The position numbers and the translations under genes were made by a program. A stretch of DNA of 64,000 nucleotides from Limnochordia bacterium (GTDB lineage Bacteria > Bacillota > Limnochordia > DTU080), in the NCBI GenBank assembly GCA_050951545.1, contig JBMNJG010000007.1, positions 288,001 to 352,000 of the forward strand, in the 5' to 3' direction. Shown here piece by piece: positions 36,846 through 47,200 of the stretch; position 1 is the stretch's first letter; each line of letters starts with the position of its first letter. Below the pieces are notes generated by a model. That model was not told where the DNA came from. It was given only the letters and a program-made list of their open reading frames with translations, and did no database searches.

Positions 36846-38096
36846 CTATTTCAGCAGGCTGTTCAGACTACGCTCAATCTCGGTAACCAGCCACTGGCTG
36901 CTCTGACCACCTTGCATGAAGCGGTTGACCATGGGGGTGATGGCATCCATGGAACTCTGCCACTGCAGGAAGAGGGGTCGAGCCGCCCTCTGCATGTCCT
37001 CCAGCCAGACCTGCTGGTTGTGCGGCGGGGTGTCATTCAGAAACCTGGTTGAACGCAGCAAAGACATGAGGGCGGGGACGATGCGCCCTGAGGCCATCTC
37101 GATGCTCTGGCCTTCCGGTCCACCAAGCCACGAAAGAAACTTCCACAATGCATCCGGGTCACTGCCCGTATCAAAGGCCATCCATCCCGATCCCCCATGT
37201 TCCGGCCGTCTCACACGGGCGGTGGGGAAGGGTCGAATATCCCAAGAGAACTCAGCCGTACTGCGCAGATTGGGTACTTCATAGCGACCGCTGAAGTAGG
37301 TGGCCGCTTGGCCCTTCTGAAAGGTCGCAGACTGGCCGAATGGCGGAAGTACCTGATGTTGCAGGCGCAGATCGCGAACCCAATCGAGCGCTTCCATGAC
37401 TTTGGGGTCGTTGGCCGTGGACTTCGTCGGAGTGCGGTAGTGATCCCAAAGCTGCCCGCCGAAGATCTGTACAGCCGCTGACCACCCAAAGCCCGCAGCC
37501 AGAAACTGGTCAGACACGCCGTCACCGTCTAGGTCCCGGGTTACCCGGCGGCCCAGCTGGAGGTACTCATCGACAGTAAGAGGGACCAGGGGGTCCGGAA
37601 TGGGCACACCTGTCTTGTCGAGCATGTCCGTGTTGATGTACATCGATACGGAAGTGAAGTCCCGTGGAATGGCGTACAGCTTGCCACCAAACGACAGAGA
37701 ATCTAAGACGATGGGCACGAAATCGCGCTCTCGCAGACCGCCAGGTCGGTTGAAGAATGGCTTCAGATCGGTCAAGACTCCCATGTCGATAAAGGGCGGC
37801 AGAAACTGATAAGCAACGAGCGCCACGTCTGGGGCCGTGCCACCGATGGCCATCACCGTCAAGCGGTCGTAGTAGCCACGTCCACTAGAAGTAGGCAACA
37901 GCTCCACCGCGATGTCTGGATTCGCCTGTTCAAACGCTCGTGCTGCCTGCACGATGCCTTCGTTCATCTCGAAGGTTCCAGCAAAGGCTAATGTGAGTTT
38001 GGTTTTTGCGGCAGACAACGGTGACGTGATTGACACCAGCAACCCGATGACCAACACGTAGTAGAAATAACCTCTCTTCTGTAAGTAGGCGTTCAC
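36846..38096 (-). CDS. ABC transporter sugar-type solute-binding protein
   Basis: Signal peptide; GTAPDV, LYAIP and FSWDI motifs; 4-bp overlap with the upstream lyase stop. Confidence 0.9.
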   Translation of the reverse strand: MNAYLQKRGYFYYVLVIGLLVSITSPLSAAKTKLTLAFAGTFEMNEGIVQAARAFEQANPDIAVELLPTSSGRGYYDRLTVMAIGGTAPDVALVAYQFLPPFIDMGVLTDLKPFFNRPGGLRERDFVPIVLDSLSFGGKLYAIPRDFTSVSMYINTDMLDKTGVPIPDPLVPLTVDEYLQLGRRVTRDLDGDGVSDQFLAAGFGWSAAVQIFGGQLWDHYRTPTKSTANDPKVMEALDWVRDLRLQHQVLPPFGQSATFQKGQAATYFSGRYEVPNLRSTAEFSWDIRPFPTARVRRPEHGGSGWMAFDTGSDPDALWKFLSWLGGPEGQSIEMASGRIVPALMSLLRSTRFLNDTPPHNQQVWLEDMQRAARPLFLQWQSSMDAITPMVNRFMQGGQSSQWLVTEIERSLNSLLK

Positions 38097-40795
38097 TGTG
38101 CAGTCACCCCATTTTCATCTTGTGACACGGGAAGGATAGCTCCCGATTGGACGCGGTAGCATTCGAGACCGTCACGGGTCTCGATACAGATGCGTAGATC
38201 CTCCCCCTGTTCTTCTACGTGCACACCCTTGATGGAAGGCGTGCTATCCAGGTCGAAGATCGATACATACCAGGCGTCTGCTCTTTGCTGCCTGACGAGG
38301 AGCATGTCCATGGTCTCGGCTGGTGAAACCCCAGGGCCGGCAGCTGTGAGAAGCGTGTATGGGGCGCTGACACACAGATGCAGGCGGATCTGTATCCCTT
38401 TGTCGTCCCATTCTGCGTTGCTCACATGTCCTTGAGCACGTTCATAGGCAATGACGTCTTGTAGATTCCCATACGCTGGCGATGAGGCTCTCAGCTCGAT
38501 GGGTTCACTCTCGCTTTCCTCATCCCGGCCTTTGATATGTAGCTGGCCAGTGTTGCGGTAGACCCAGTCGTAGACATGCTCCCGATCTGATCGCAGGCGG
38601 TCTACAACGATTAGCCGATCTTTCGCCAGCCCTACGCTTCTTTGATGCTCTACGTTCGGGTAGCTATCGCTCACGGTTGCCGCGGCGCCAGCGAAGTGGT
38701 TGCTCGACTCCCACCAGTCGAGTTTGCCACCCATGGAGTTACGCTGGGACTGTCCGTCGACCACGACTGTGTTATGAGCAAGCGTCTGCTTGTACCACGT
38801 GGCGTACAAAGCCGCTCCGTAGGAGGGCGAGCCCAGATCAGGTGAAACGGCCTTCCCTCGCGCATGCAAGGAGAAGGAGAGCTTGTCAGCATGGCCATGG
38901 GGTCCACTGTGGGGGCCGTACTTGAACAGAAGATAGTTGCGTCCCACGCGCAAAGCGGCGAGTCCTGAAGCCTCATAGAGCAGGTTTCCCCTGTTGCCCA
39001 GATTGGCGGCTGGCTGTGATGTACGCAAATCGTCTGGACCATAAAGTAGCGCTTCGAGGCTGTCACGCTGCTTTCCCATGTACTGATAAGCCAAGCTCAA
39101 CAGGTTCATGAATTTCGGTTCAGCGAAGAGCGCGTATCCGAATTCGTACAACCCGAGGGTACTGCTACTCACGATGCTCGCAGCGCCGCTATCATTAAGC
39201 CGTGGCAGGTTCAATTCAGGATCAAGCAAGCCTAAGGGTGCCTCGAACATGGCCTTTACTGGACTGAGATCACCGACGGGGTAGTCGGCCGCCAGCAAGC
39301 TCATCAACAAGTTCTTGAAGGCGTTCAGCGTGTAGAAGTGATAACCCATAGAGCCTTCCCACCACAGGCCGTCCTCGCGAATGCCCAGCAACTGCTGCTC
39401 AAACCCTGAATACCAGTTGGAGAGGGCGTAGCGGACCAGCGGTTCGTCATTGAGCAACAGCCCGAGGGTAGTCAAGGCCGCGTTCTGCCATGCATGAATG
39501 TTGCTAAGGGTAATCCAGGTCTGCGGCTTGAGAAGATCGGCGGCTGTACGAAACAGGTTGGTCTCTATCTGTGTCTCCTGGTCTGGCGTGAGCAGAGAGT
39601 GATCTCGGATGAGATCGTAGGCTCGCGCCAAGGGCAGTATCCAAACCGCCTCATCAAGAGCCTGCACGTGTATTCGGCCTTTGCCTACGAATTGCTCTAC
39701 CGAGCCGCCGCGTCCTTTGACTTCCATGCGGGGGTAGAGGTCTGCGTAGTCGCACAGTATAGCCGCAGCAGCCTCCCCATATTCGGCTTCTCTGGTGAGG
39801 GCGTAGACCAAAGCCAGCGTCTGCGCTGCCTTGGAGATCCGATCGTGAGTAATGGATCGCCACACCCCGTCGTAGGGCTCTCCGCTAAAAAACGTGTCAT
39901 CGATAGGACTGCGATGCTCGTGTGGACGCTTCGGATCGTATACCAGACGCGTCCCATGGCGCGGGTCGACGTAGTCGTGGCCGTATGCGGTCGAACCCTC
40001 TGGGACGCTGAGAGGATCTCTTAGCCAAGTGTCAGCTTCACCTTGTAGACGATGGAGCAGCAGTCGGGCCCAATGGAGCGTTTCTGTGCGCTGACGGGCG
40101 CGCTCGAGCTGAGCGTCACTAGCAAATACGTGACGGCGCGCCTGTGAGGTTTGGGCCGTGGTCTCAGTAAACATGATGCGTTCCCCCGAGGCACTGCGAG
40201 GCGTTATGGCTGCCATTGGTACGAAACGGAGCTCTCGAATGTGCAGCTCAGCACCAGGCCGTGTAGTAGTGAGAAGAAAGAAAACCGCCTGGCGGTCCTC
40301 GCTTTTCTCGCCCCAATTGTCTGCATTGGGCTGGCGCAACGGTAATACGGCAGGCGTCCATGTGCCCACGACTGGCGGCGCTGCGACGCTCCATTGTGCT
40401 TGCATGCCGCCATATAGAGGGTAGTCCTGTAGTTTGAGCTCAAGCAGTGTGGGATCGCCTCCGACGATCTTGTACTCGAAGGCCACCCAACCGTAATCGG
40501 CAGCTTCCACTTCTACGTCGTAGCCGTCGAAGCGGTACAACGCATATCTACCCGGCTTATCTAGACTCCAGACCATGGCCTTGCATTTGTCCTGATCTGT
40601 TTCTACTCTTAGCGCACCAGTTTGGGCCTGCCAGGAGCCAATATCGTCGAGTGTCTCGATCAACACGGAGCCTTCCTCAAGGTCTTCGGCCAGTGCCACC
40701 CCCATGATGAGAAGCGAACACAACACAACTGACAACAGGGCACCGAGTCCGCGCTCCATCCTCTTGCGAGCGTCCGCTCGGCAGATCTGAGGCAC
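38093..40795 (-). CDS. Secreted heparinase II/III-family lyase (PL17/oligo-alginate lyase-like) with N-terminal CBM-like domain
   Basis: QALDEAVW, SNIHAW, WWEGSMGYHFY, P.LND, HGHADKL, PDLG and AHNTVVVDG motifs; signal peptide. Confidence 0.82.
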   Translation of the reverse strand: MPQICRADARKRMERGLGALLSVVLCSLLIMGVALAEDLEEGSVLIETLDDIGSWQAQTGALRVETDQDKCKAMVWSLDKPGRYALYRFDGYDVEVEAADYGWVAFEYKIVGGDPTLLELKLQDYPLYGGMQAQWSVAAPPVVGTWTPAVLPLRQPNADNWGEKSEDRQAVFFLLTTTRPGAELHIRELRFVPMAAITPRSASGERIMFTETTAQTSQARRHVFASDAQLERARQRTETLHWARLLLHRLQGEADTWLRDPLSVPEGSTAYGHDYVDPRHGTRLVYDPKRPHEHRSPIDDTFFSGEPYDGVWRSITHDRISKAAQTLALVYALTREAEYGEAAAAILCDYADLYPRMEVKGRGGSVEQFVGKGRIHVQALDEAVWILPLARAYDLIRDHSLLTPDQETQIETNLFRTAADLLKPQTWITLSNIHAWQNAALTTLGLLLNDEPLVRYALSNWYSGFEQQLLGIREDGLWWEGSMGYHFYTLNAFKNLLMSLLAADYPVGDLSPVKAMFEAPLGLLDPELNLPRLNDSGAASIVSSSTLGLYEFGYALFAEPKFMNLLSLAYQYMGKQRDSLEALLYGPDDLRTSQPAANLGNRGNLLYEASGLAALRVGRNYLLFKYGPHSGPHGHADKLSFSLHARGKAVSPDLGSPSYGAALYATWYKQTLAHNTVVVDGQSQRNSMGGKLDWWESSNHFAGAAATVSDSYPNVEHQRSVGLAKDRLIVVDRLRSDREHVYDWVYRNTGQLHIKGRDEESESEPIELRASSPAYGNLQDVIAYERAQGHVSNAEWDDKGIQIRLHLCVSAPYTLLTAAGPGVSPAETMDMLLVRQQRADAWYVSIFDLDSTPSIKGVHVEEQGEDLRICIETRDGLECYRVQSGAILPVSQDENGVTAQ

Positions 40796-41019
40796 CTTGC
40801 ACCCACCTCCACAGCCAGAATTTGCAGAAAACGAATAGAACAAAGCAACAAATACGTCGTGACCTCGCTTGCTTCCTGATGGCCTAATGGCAAAATACAC
40901 CGAGTCACTTCCTGTTTTTCATAGAGTTCGAGAGTCGGACGGGGCGGTTTCCTTGGGCGGGCTGATGAGAAATCGTTACATAGATGAATGACGACACCTT
41001 GCTTAAGCATGTTGTTCCT

Positions 41020-41049
41020 ATTATAGCAGAAGTTCTCAGCCAGCATCAA
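41020..41049 (-). promoter_or_regulatory. Sigma-A promoter with extended -10
   Basis: TTGATG-N18-TATAAT with TGc directly before TATAAT, pointing to the lyase gene. Confidence 0.55.
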
Positions 41050-41356
41050 TGCAACTCCGGCTGGGGAAAGGCTTCCTTCCTCCGTGCCACCGCGGAAACA
41101 CCTGTGGGTTGTTACGAACTGCCTCCAATAGGGTCAAGGTTTCTTCCTGCGCTTTCTATCCACGCGAAGACGAGCGAGGAATTGGAGTTGCCCTTGCCGT
41201 GTCCTGAAGCCTGGCAATTAGAGATCGGGTAGGCAAGAAGAAGGAAAATGGTCTGGAGTGGTCAAATGCGTAGACGGGGAAAGAAAACGGAGACATGCGT
41301 GGTTGGCGGCCGACATGTCCGCACCGCATTGCTTCATTTTGCAGGGGGGTATCTTG

Positions 41357-42610
41357 ATGAGGTTGTCTAGGAGTTGTGGCGTCTTTCTGTTGCTTATAGC
41401 CGTGGCGAGTGTCAGTGTTGATGCTGGATCTGTCACATTGCGTTGGCGCACCTGCTGTAGGCAAGAAGATCGGGTAGCGATGTTCCAACGGTGGGCGCGG
41501 GCCTTCGAGGCTGAGAATCCTGGCATTGCCATCGACTGGTATGATCCTCCCGGTGGGCTTCAACAGGTGAAAGTGGAGATCGCCGGGGGCGTTGGTCCTG
41601 ATATCATGATGCACGGGACGGGCATCTATACGATGCTCGATGTACTGATGCCGCTGCAGCCCATTCTCAAAAGGCACGCCGAGCTGCGACGCGAGGTTAT
41701 CCCCAGTGTACTAGATCAGTTCACCTGGCAGGGTGAGGTTTACGCTCTTCCGTATGGTGCGAACGCCCATGCTTTGGTCTACAACAAGAGCCTGTTTGAT
41801 GCCTCCGGTGTAGGTTATCCGACCGCTGACTGGACGTGGAATGATGCGCTGACCGCGGCCCGCCTTCTGACAAAGGACATTGCTGGTCGGGGGACCCCCG
41901 ACATCTGGGGGCTCAATCTGGCTGGTAGCGTAATGTCTGACATGCTATTGAGCTTTGGCGGGCCCGTGTTGGATGAGGACGGGCGCACGGTACGCGTGAA
42001 TAACCCCGTCAATGCTGCAGCTTTGGGCTTCTTTTCTGAACTGATGAGCAAGGGACTCGATGCTTACCCGCGGCCAGCGCCGAACGCGCTACAGCAGTTT
42101 CTGAGCGGGCGGGTGGCCATGGCTGGCTTGGGCGTCTTTACAGTGCCCAATCTGAGAAGTACTGCTGAGTTTTCTTGGGATGCAGAGCTATTCCCTGTTT
42201 TTGAGGTCGCAGGGAGGCGCTATCGCAACGCATTTACCTCAGCAGAAGGATGGGCTATGCTTCGGACGACCAAGCATCCCGCAGAGGCGGAGCTCTTTCT
42301 GCGGTTTCTGATGCGTCCGGAGAACTTGGCTGAGCTGGGTCGAACGGGCAGCGTGATACCGCCGTTTCGGGGACAGCCTCTGAGAGCTTTCCTGTCACAA
42401 CCACCACCCCCAGCGAACTTGACAGCCTTTATCGGCAGTCTGGAGCAGAGTCAACGACTGCATATTCTGTATCCCATGGCTTCAGCTTGGAGGACTACTG
42501 CCAGTCAACTGGTAAGCCAGGCGCTGAATGCGACGATTACCGTACCCGCTGCTTTGGAGCAAATCGAGCGTGTAATGAATGCGACTGTCAAGGAGTTTCA
42601 TGCGCGCTGA
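41357..42610 (+). CDS. ABC transporter sugar-type solute-binding protein
   Basis: Signal peptide; GPDI, YALPYG, YNKSLFDASG and WTWND motifs. Confidence 0.9.
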   Translation: MRLSRSCGVFLLLIAVASVSVDAGSVTLRWRTCCRQEDRVAMFQRWARAFEAENPGIAIDWYDPPGGLQQVKVEIAGGVGPDIMMHGTGIYTMLDVLMPLQPILKRHAELRREVIPSVLDQFTWQGEVYALPYGANAHALVYNKSLFDASGVGYPTADWTWNDALTAARLLTKDIAGRGTPDIWGLNLAGSVMSDMLLSFGGPVLDEDGRTVRVNNPVNAAALGFFSELMSKGLDAYPRPAPNALQQFLSGRVAMAGLGVFTVPNLRSTAEFSWDAELFPVFEVAGRRYRNAFTSAEGWAMLRTTKHPAEAELFLRFLMRPENLAELGRTGSVIPPFRGQPLRAFLSQPPPPANLTAFIGSLEQSQRLHILYPMASAWRTTASQLVSQALNATITVPAALEQIERVMNATVKEFHAR

Positions 42611-42650
42611 TCCAGGTCAGCATCGTAGCTAGTGTCAAGGAGGTCATCTT

Positions 42651-44264
42651 GTGGAGTGCGGTTCGCCCTTTCTCACATACGATCAGCTGACTGAAAAGGC
42701 CGCAGCATGGGCTCGCTCTGCTCCAGAGCTAGTACGCGTCTCCTCTATTGCTACCACAGCCGCTGGGCGGAATGTCCTGTGTGTTGAAATCGGTGATACG
42801 CGTGCGGGCCTGTCCCTAGAACGCCGTCCCGGTTTTTTGGTGACTGCCAACCTGCACGCTGTAGAGCTTGCAGGTTCAAGCGTCTGCGTGCAACTCATTG
42901 ACCATCTGATCGCCCGCCATTCCCGTGATGCAGATATCCACAGGCTCCTGCAGGAAAGGGTGCTCTATGTCATCCCGCGATTGGCTGTCGACGGTGCCGA
43001 CTATGTGTTGCAGACCCTGAATAGGGTGCGCAGCGTGCCTCCGCGTCGGCGTGTCCGCAACACAATCTATGCTCAGGATATCGATGGCGATGGCCGCATT
43101 CTATCTATGCGGGTGCAAGACAGACGTGGCAATCTGAGGGTATCTGCGCGCGATCCTCGCCTTCTGGTTCCCAGAGACGAAGATGACATAGAGGGGCCGT
43201 TCTTTCGGCTTTTCGTGGAGGGCGCTGTGCATGAGTGGGACGAAGGCAGCTACAGCGATGTAGCGGGCGATATCGACTTCAACCGCAGTTTCCCAGCCAA
43301 TTGGCAGCTCACAGCAGGGACTGTGCTCTCAGGTCCCTATCCCCTGTCAGAACCGGAGACTCGAGGGTTGGCTGAGTTTGTCTGTGCCCACCCCAACATC
43401 TGTGGAGCGCTTGATTTCCACACAGGTAATCCAGCCGTTTTCTACCCTGCGGCTACGGTGGAGGGGCGATCGGCTCCTGCAGAGGATGCAGCCCTGATTG
43501 CTCGCCTAGGGCAGATCGCATCCACCGTGACTGGTTTTCCGTTGCTGAGCAGCTACGGCGAGATCACCTCCGGTCGCGCTGCTCCTGGGCCTCCGGGTAC
43601 ACTCAAAGATTGGTTATACGAGCACAGAGGGGTACCGGCGTTGCTCGTGGAACTTGGGCTGTTTTACAACTACCTCGGTATAGACACCACCAAACTGAAG
43701 AACCCGGCCGCTCAAAGAGAAGAGGAAACGGGTTTGGCCCTACTCGCCTGGCATGACGCGCACGAGGGAAGTACGCTGTTCCGGGATTGGCAACCATTTG
43801 ATCACCCGCAGTTGGGCACGGTGGAAATCGGGGGGTGGGACTACGTCCTCTGGAGTAATCCGCCTCCTGCAGAGTTGGAGGGCCTCGGTGATAGATGCAC
43901 AGATCTCGTCTTGCAGCATCTTCTGCACGCACCTCAACTGAAGATAAGGGCCACGAGTCTCTCTCTGGGTAGTGACCTGCACAAGGTGAGTCTTTCAATA
44001 GCGAATGTGGGGCTCGTCCCCACCTATGGCACTCGTCAAGCCCTCAGCGTTCACCCCGCTCCGCACCTGATGGTGGAGGTGCAAGCAGAAGAGCCCATCG
44101 AGTTCATTATCGGTTCGCCACGGACGCAGGTGGGTCATCTGGCCCCGCGGCAGGAACACAGGCTAGAATGGGTATTGCGTTCGGAAGGAAAGACGACAGT
44201 GAGGGTAGACGCCTTCTCGGAACGCGGCCTCTACGCGTCGTGTGAAGTATGCTTGGACGATTGA
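42651..44264 (+). CDS. M14 family zinc carboxypeptidase/deacylase
   Basis: HxxE (NLHAVE), DFNRSF, LSEPET, DFHT and catalytic VELG; C-terminal beta domain; no signal peptide. Confidence 0.85.
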   Translation: MECGSPFLTYDQLTEKAAAWARSAPELVRVSSIATTAAGRNVLCVEIGDTRAGLSLERRPGFLVTANLHAVELAGSSVCVQLIDHLIARHSRDADIHRLLQERVLYVIPRLAVDGADYVLQTLNRVRSVPPRRRVRNTIYAQDIDGDGRILSMRVQDRRGNLRVSARDPRLLVPRDEDDIEGPFFRLFVEGAVHEWDEGSYSDVAGDIDFNRSFPANWQLTAGTVLSGPYPLSEPETRGLAEFVCAHPNICGALDFHTGNPAVFYPAATVEGRSAPAEDAALIARLGQIASTVTGFPLLSSYGEITSGRAAPGPPGTLKDWLYEHRGVPALLVELGLFYNYLGIDTTKLKNPAAQREEETGLALLAWHDAHEGSTLFRDWQPFDHPQLGTVEIGGWDYVLWSNPPPAELEGLGDRCTDLVLQHLLHAPQLKIRATSLSLGSDLHKVSLSIANVGLVPTYGTRQALSVHPAPHLMVEVQAEEPIEFIIGSPRTQVGHLAPRQEHRLEWVLRSEGKTTVRVDAFSERGLYASCEVCLDD

Positions 44265-44291
44265 GCACACGTGGAAGACGAGGTGGACCAC

Positions 44292-47200
44292 ATGCGTTGG
44301 CGGATGGTAGCGGCGATTTCACTGGTTGTACTAGTAGTCACCAGTCTTTCGGGGATCGCCTCCAAAACAGAAGTCATTCAAAAGAAAAGCTCAATGAATC
44401 TGCTTGCGCCTGAGGAGGTCCAGCGGGCGCGTGAGCGCATAGGAAGCAAGGATCCCTACGCGATTCAGCATCTCTCGAAGGTGCAGAGTCGGGCAGAGCG
44501 CTGGTTGAAGTACACGGATCAGCAGCTGCGCGATCTGGTGCCTACTGCGGATATTCCGCGCGCCTTCAACGCTCATTTCCAAGAGGATCCTCGTAATCCA
44601 GGAGCGATCCGCAAGTTCGGCAACTATCCGTGGATTATCGATCCCGATTTACCCTACAAGGTCGTGTCGCCCGTCGATGGTTTCATCTATCCCACCAACG
44701 ACTTTGATCCAAAGCATCCGGGTGGCCCTGAAGATGTATCTGAAGAGCCGTATGTGGATACAGGTTGGGGATGGAAGGACCCTGACGATAGCCAGAAGTA
44801 CTGGTTTGTCGGTTACTACACTTTTTGGCTGTGGAAGGACTATCTGATTCCTGCCACCTTGGCCCTCGGTGAGGCGTACCTGCTGACTGGTGAGCTGGCC
44901 TACGCCCATAAGGCAGCGGTCCTTCTTGACAGAATCGCAGAAGTCTTTCCTGAGATGGACTACGTCAAGCAGTCTCGCTACGGGACTGAAATACAGCCGG
45001 GCAATTACCACGGTCGCATCTTGAACCACCACTGGGGTGTAGATGCGGCCATTGAGCTGGCGACGGCGTACGACTACATTTTTGAGGCTATGCCGCAGCT
45101 TACTGAGCTAGAACGGGCTACTGGCAAGAGTCTGGACGCCGTACGCCACAACATCGAAGAAAACCTGTTGGAGGATTCCGCCCGATCTATCTATACCATG
45201 GACGGTCGGATTGCTGCCAGCAACAACATCTTTGCTATCCACAGGGCTCTGGCGACCATCGCGGTGGTCCTCGACAATGAGAACACAGACAAGTATCTTG
45301 ATTGGGTACTTCACAATACCGGGGCTGGGCGCTACGAAGGGATCATGTTCGGTCTCAGCAACATGATCTATCCCGACGGAGCACCCAACAGAAGCGCCCC
45401 GGGCTACAATGTGCTTTGGATCGAAGACTTCCAGGTTCTAGCCGAACTGTTCTTACGGCGGGATATCGATCTGTACCAAGAGAGCTCTAAGCTGAAGCGG
45501 TTGTTTGACTACCCCTTACGGCTGCTTATGAATGAGAAGTTTGTGCCCAACATCGGTGACTCCGGCAGTGTAAAGGCGTCGGGACCGATTGGCTGGAACC
45601 CAGCTGTCTATGCGACAGCCTTTCGTCGCTATGGGGAAGCCAACTTTGCCCGAGTTGCTCGTCAGAGTACATCGTCAGGGAGCGTCTTTGAGGAGTATGT
45701 ATTGGAGGAAGCAGAGGCCCTGCTGCGTCAAGAGGGGTTTCAGTGGGTGTACGAGAGTGATCACATGCCAGCCTATGGTCTGGCTATGCTGCGCTCGGGT
45801 CCGGAGGGACGGGGGGCAGGGCTCAGCCTGTACTACGGACCCGGGGGTGGTCACGGGCACTACGATCGGCTGAATGTCGAGCTTTTCGCCAAGGGACATC
45901 GCCTGACGCCCGACTTAGGCTACCCGGAGTTCATGACGGGTCAGCACAAGAAACTCTACGGTTGGACTGGTCACACCATCAGTCATAACACTGTTTTGGT
46001 AAATGAGAGGCGGCAGCTGACCAAAGGCGGCGGTCGGATACAGCTTTTCAGCGGGTCGCCATGGGTGCAGTATGTGGACGTGCGGGCCGAAGAGGCCTAT
46101 CCAGGCATAACGAGTCGGTACCAACGTTCGGTAGCCATGATCAATGTCTCGCCAAGCGATGTATATGTGGTCGACGTGTTTCGGGTACAGGGCGGGTATC
46201 AGCACGACTACTCCATCCATGGACCCGATGGGGCGTTTTCGGTGCAGGAACTCGCACTCTCTGCGCCACGCTCTGAAGGCACCTTGGCCGGGGAGCATGT
46301 GCCATATGGCTATCTCTATGACGCTCCTCAGCTGGAGCGGCTTGGATACACTGGGGCCTATACGAGCTACCAGGGCAGTGGTTTCTCCTATCTGAAGTCG
46401 GTGCAAGAGGCAAAACCAGCAGGGGTATGGCATGCGGACTGGACTGTCGAGGGCAAGAAGGGACTTCGTATCAGCTTCCTGCCCGAAGCAAACACCCAAG
46501 TGTTTGTGGCAGACGGGGTACCGCCGCAGCATGGGACAAGTAATCCTCCTGTGCTCAAGTACGTACTGGCCCGTAACAGGGCCGACAAAGGGAGCGACCT
46601 GACGAGCACGTTTGTCACGGTGCTTCAGCCCTATGAGAGGGCTCCGTTTATTCGAGCTATCACACAGCTCGAAGCGCTTCCCGGAAGCGAGCCTGGCGTG
46701 GTTGCTCTAGAGATTACGCATGACCATGGCGAGGATCTTGTGCTACAGGCCATTGAGGGGGCGGGCCCCTTTGAGGGAACAGAAGGCACGCACTTCCGTG
46801 GTCAGCTGGGCGTGCTCTCACGGACACGAGGTGGGATGGTCAGCCACGCCCACCTGCTGGGTGGCGGCCTGCTTGCACAGGACGATTTCCTCCTGGAATC
46901 AGCCGACTCATATACGGGGCGCATCATCAGCGCTGACTACGGTGAAGCGGACCTTGTCGTGGAACTGGATGCTCACGCACCAGCCATGCCTCTCGAGGAA
47001 CTCTTGACTGGCCAGCGGGTGGTCATCTCCAATGAGCACCACGCCTCGGAATTCATCATCAAGCACGTAGCAGCGTTAGAGGGGCGGCGCTACAAGGTCA
47101 CATTGACGGAACCCGTGACTCACACGGGAAAAGGGCAGGTAAGCGGAGCCTTTCCGCAACAGGTGCGCACAGGCACTCCGCTGCCATTGGGTCAGTACTA

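Noticed and set aside
40660-41232. ORFs 40660-41049(-) and 40984-41232(+) in the divergent gap
   Set aside because: No convincing RBS or protein features; they overlap a promoter and the lyase start
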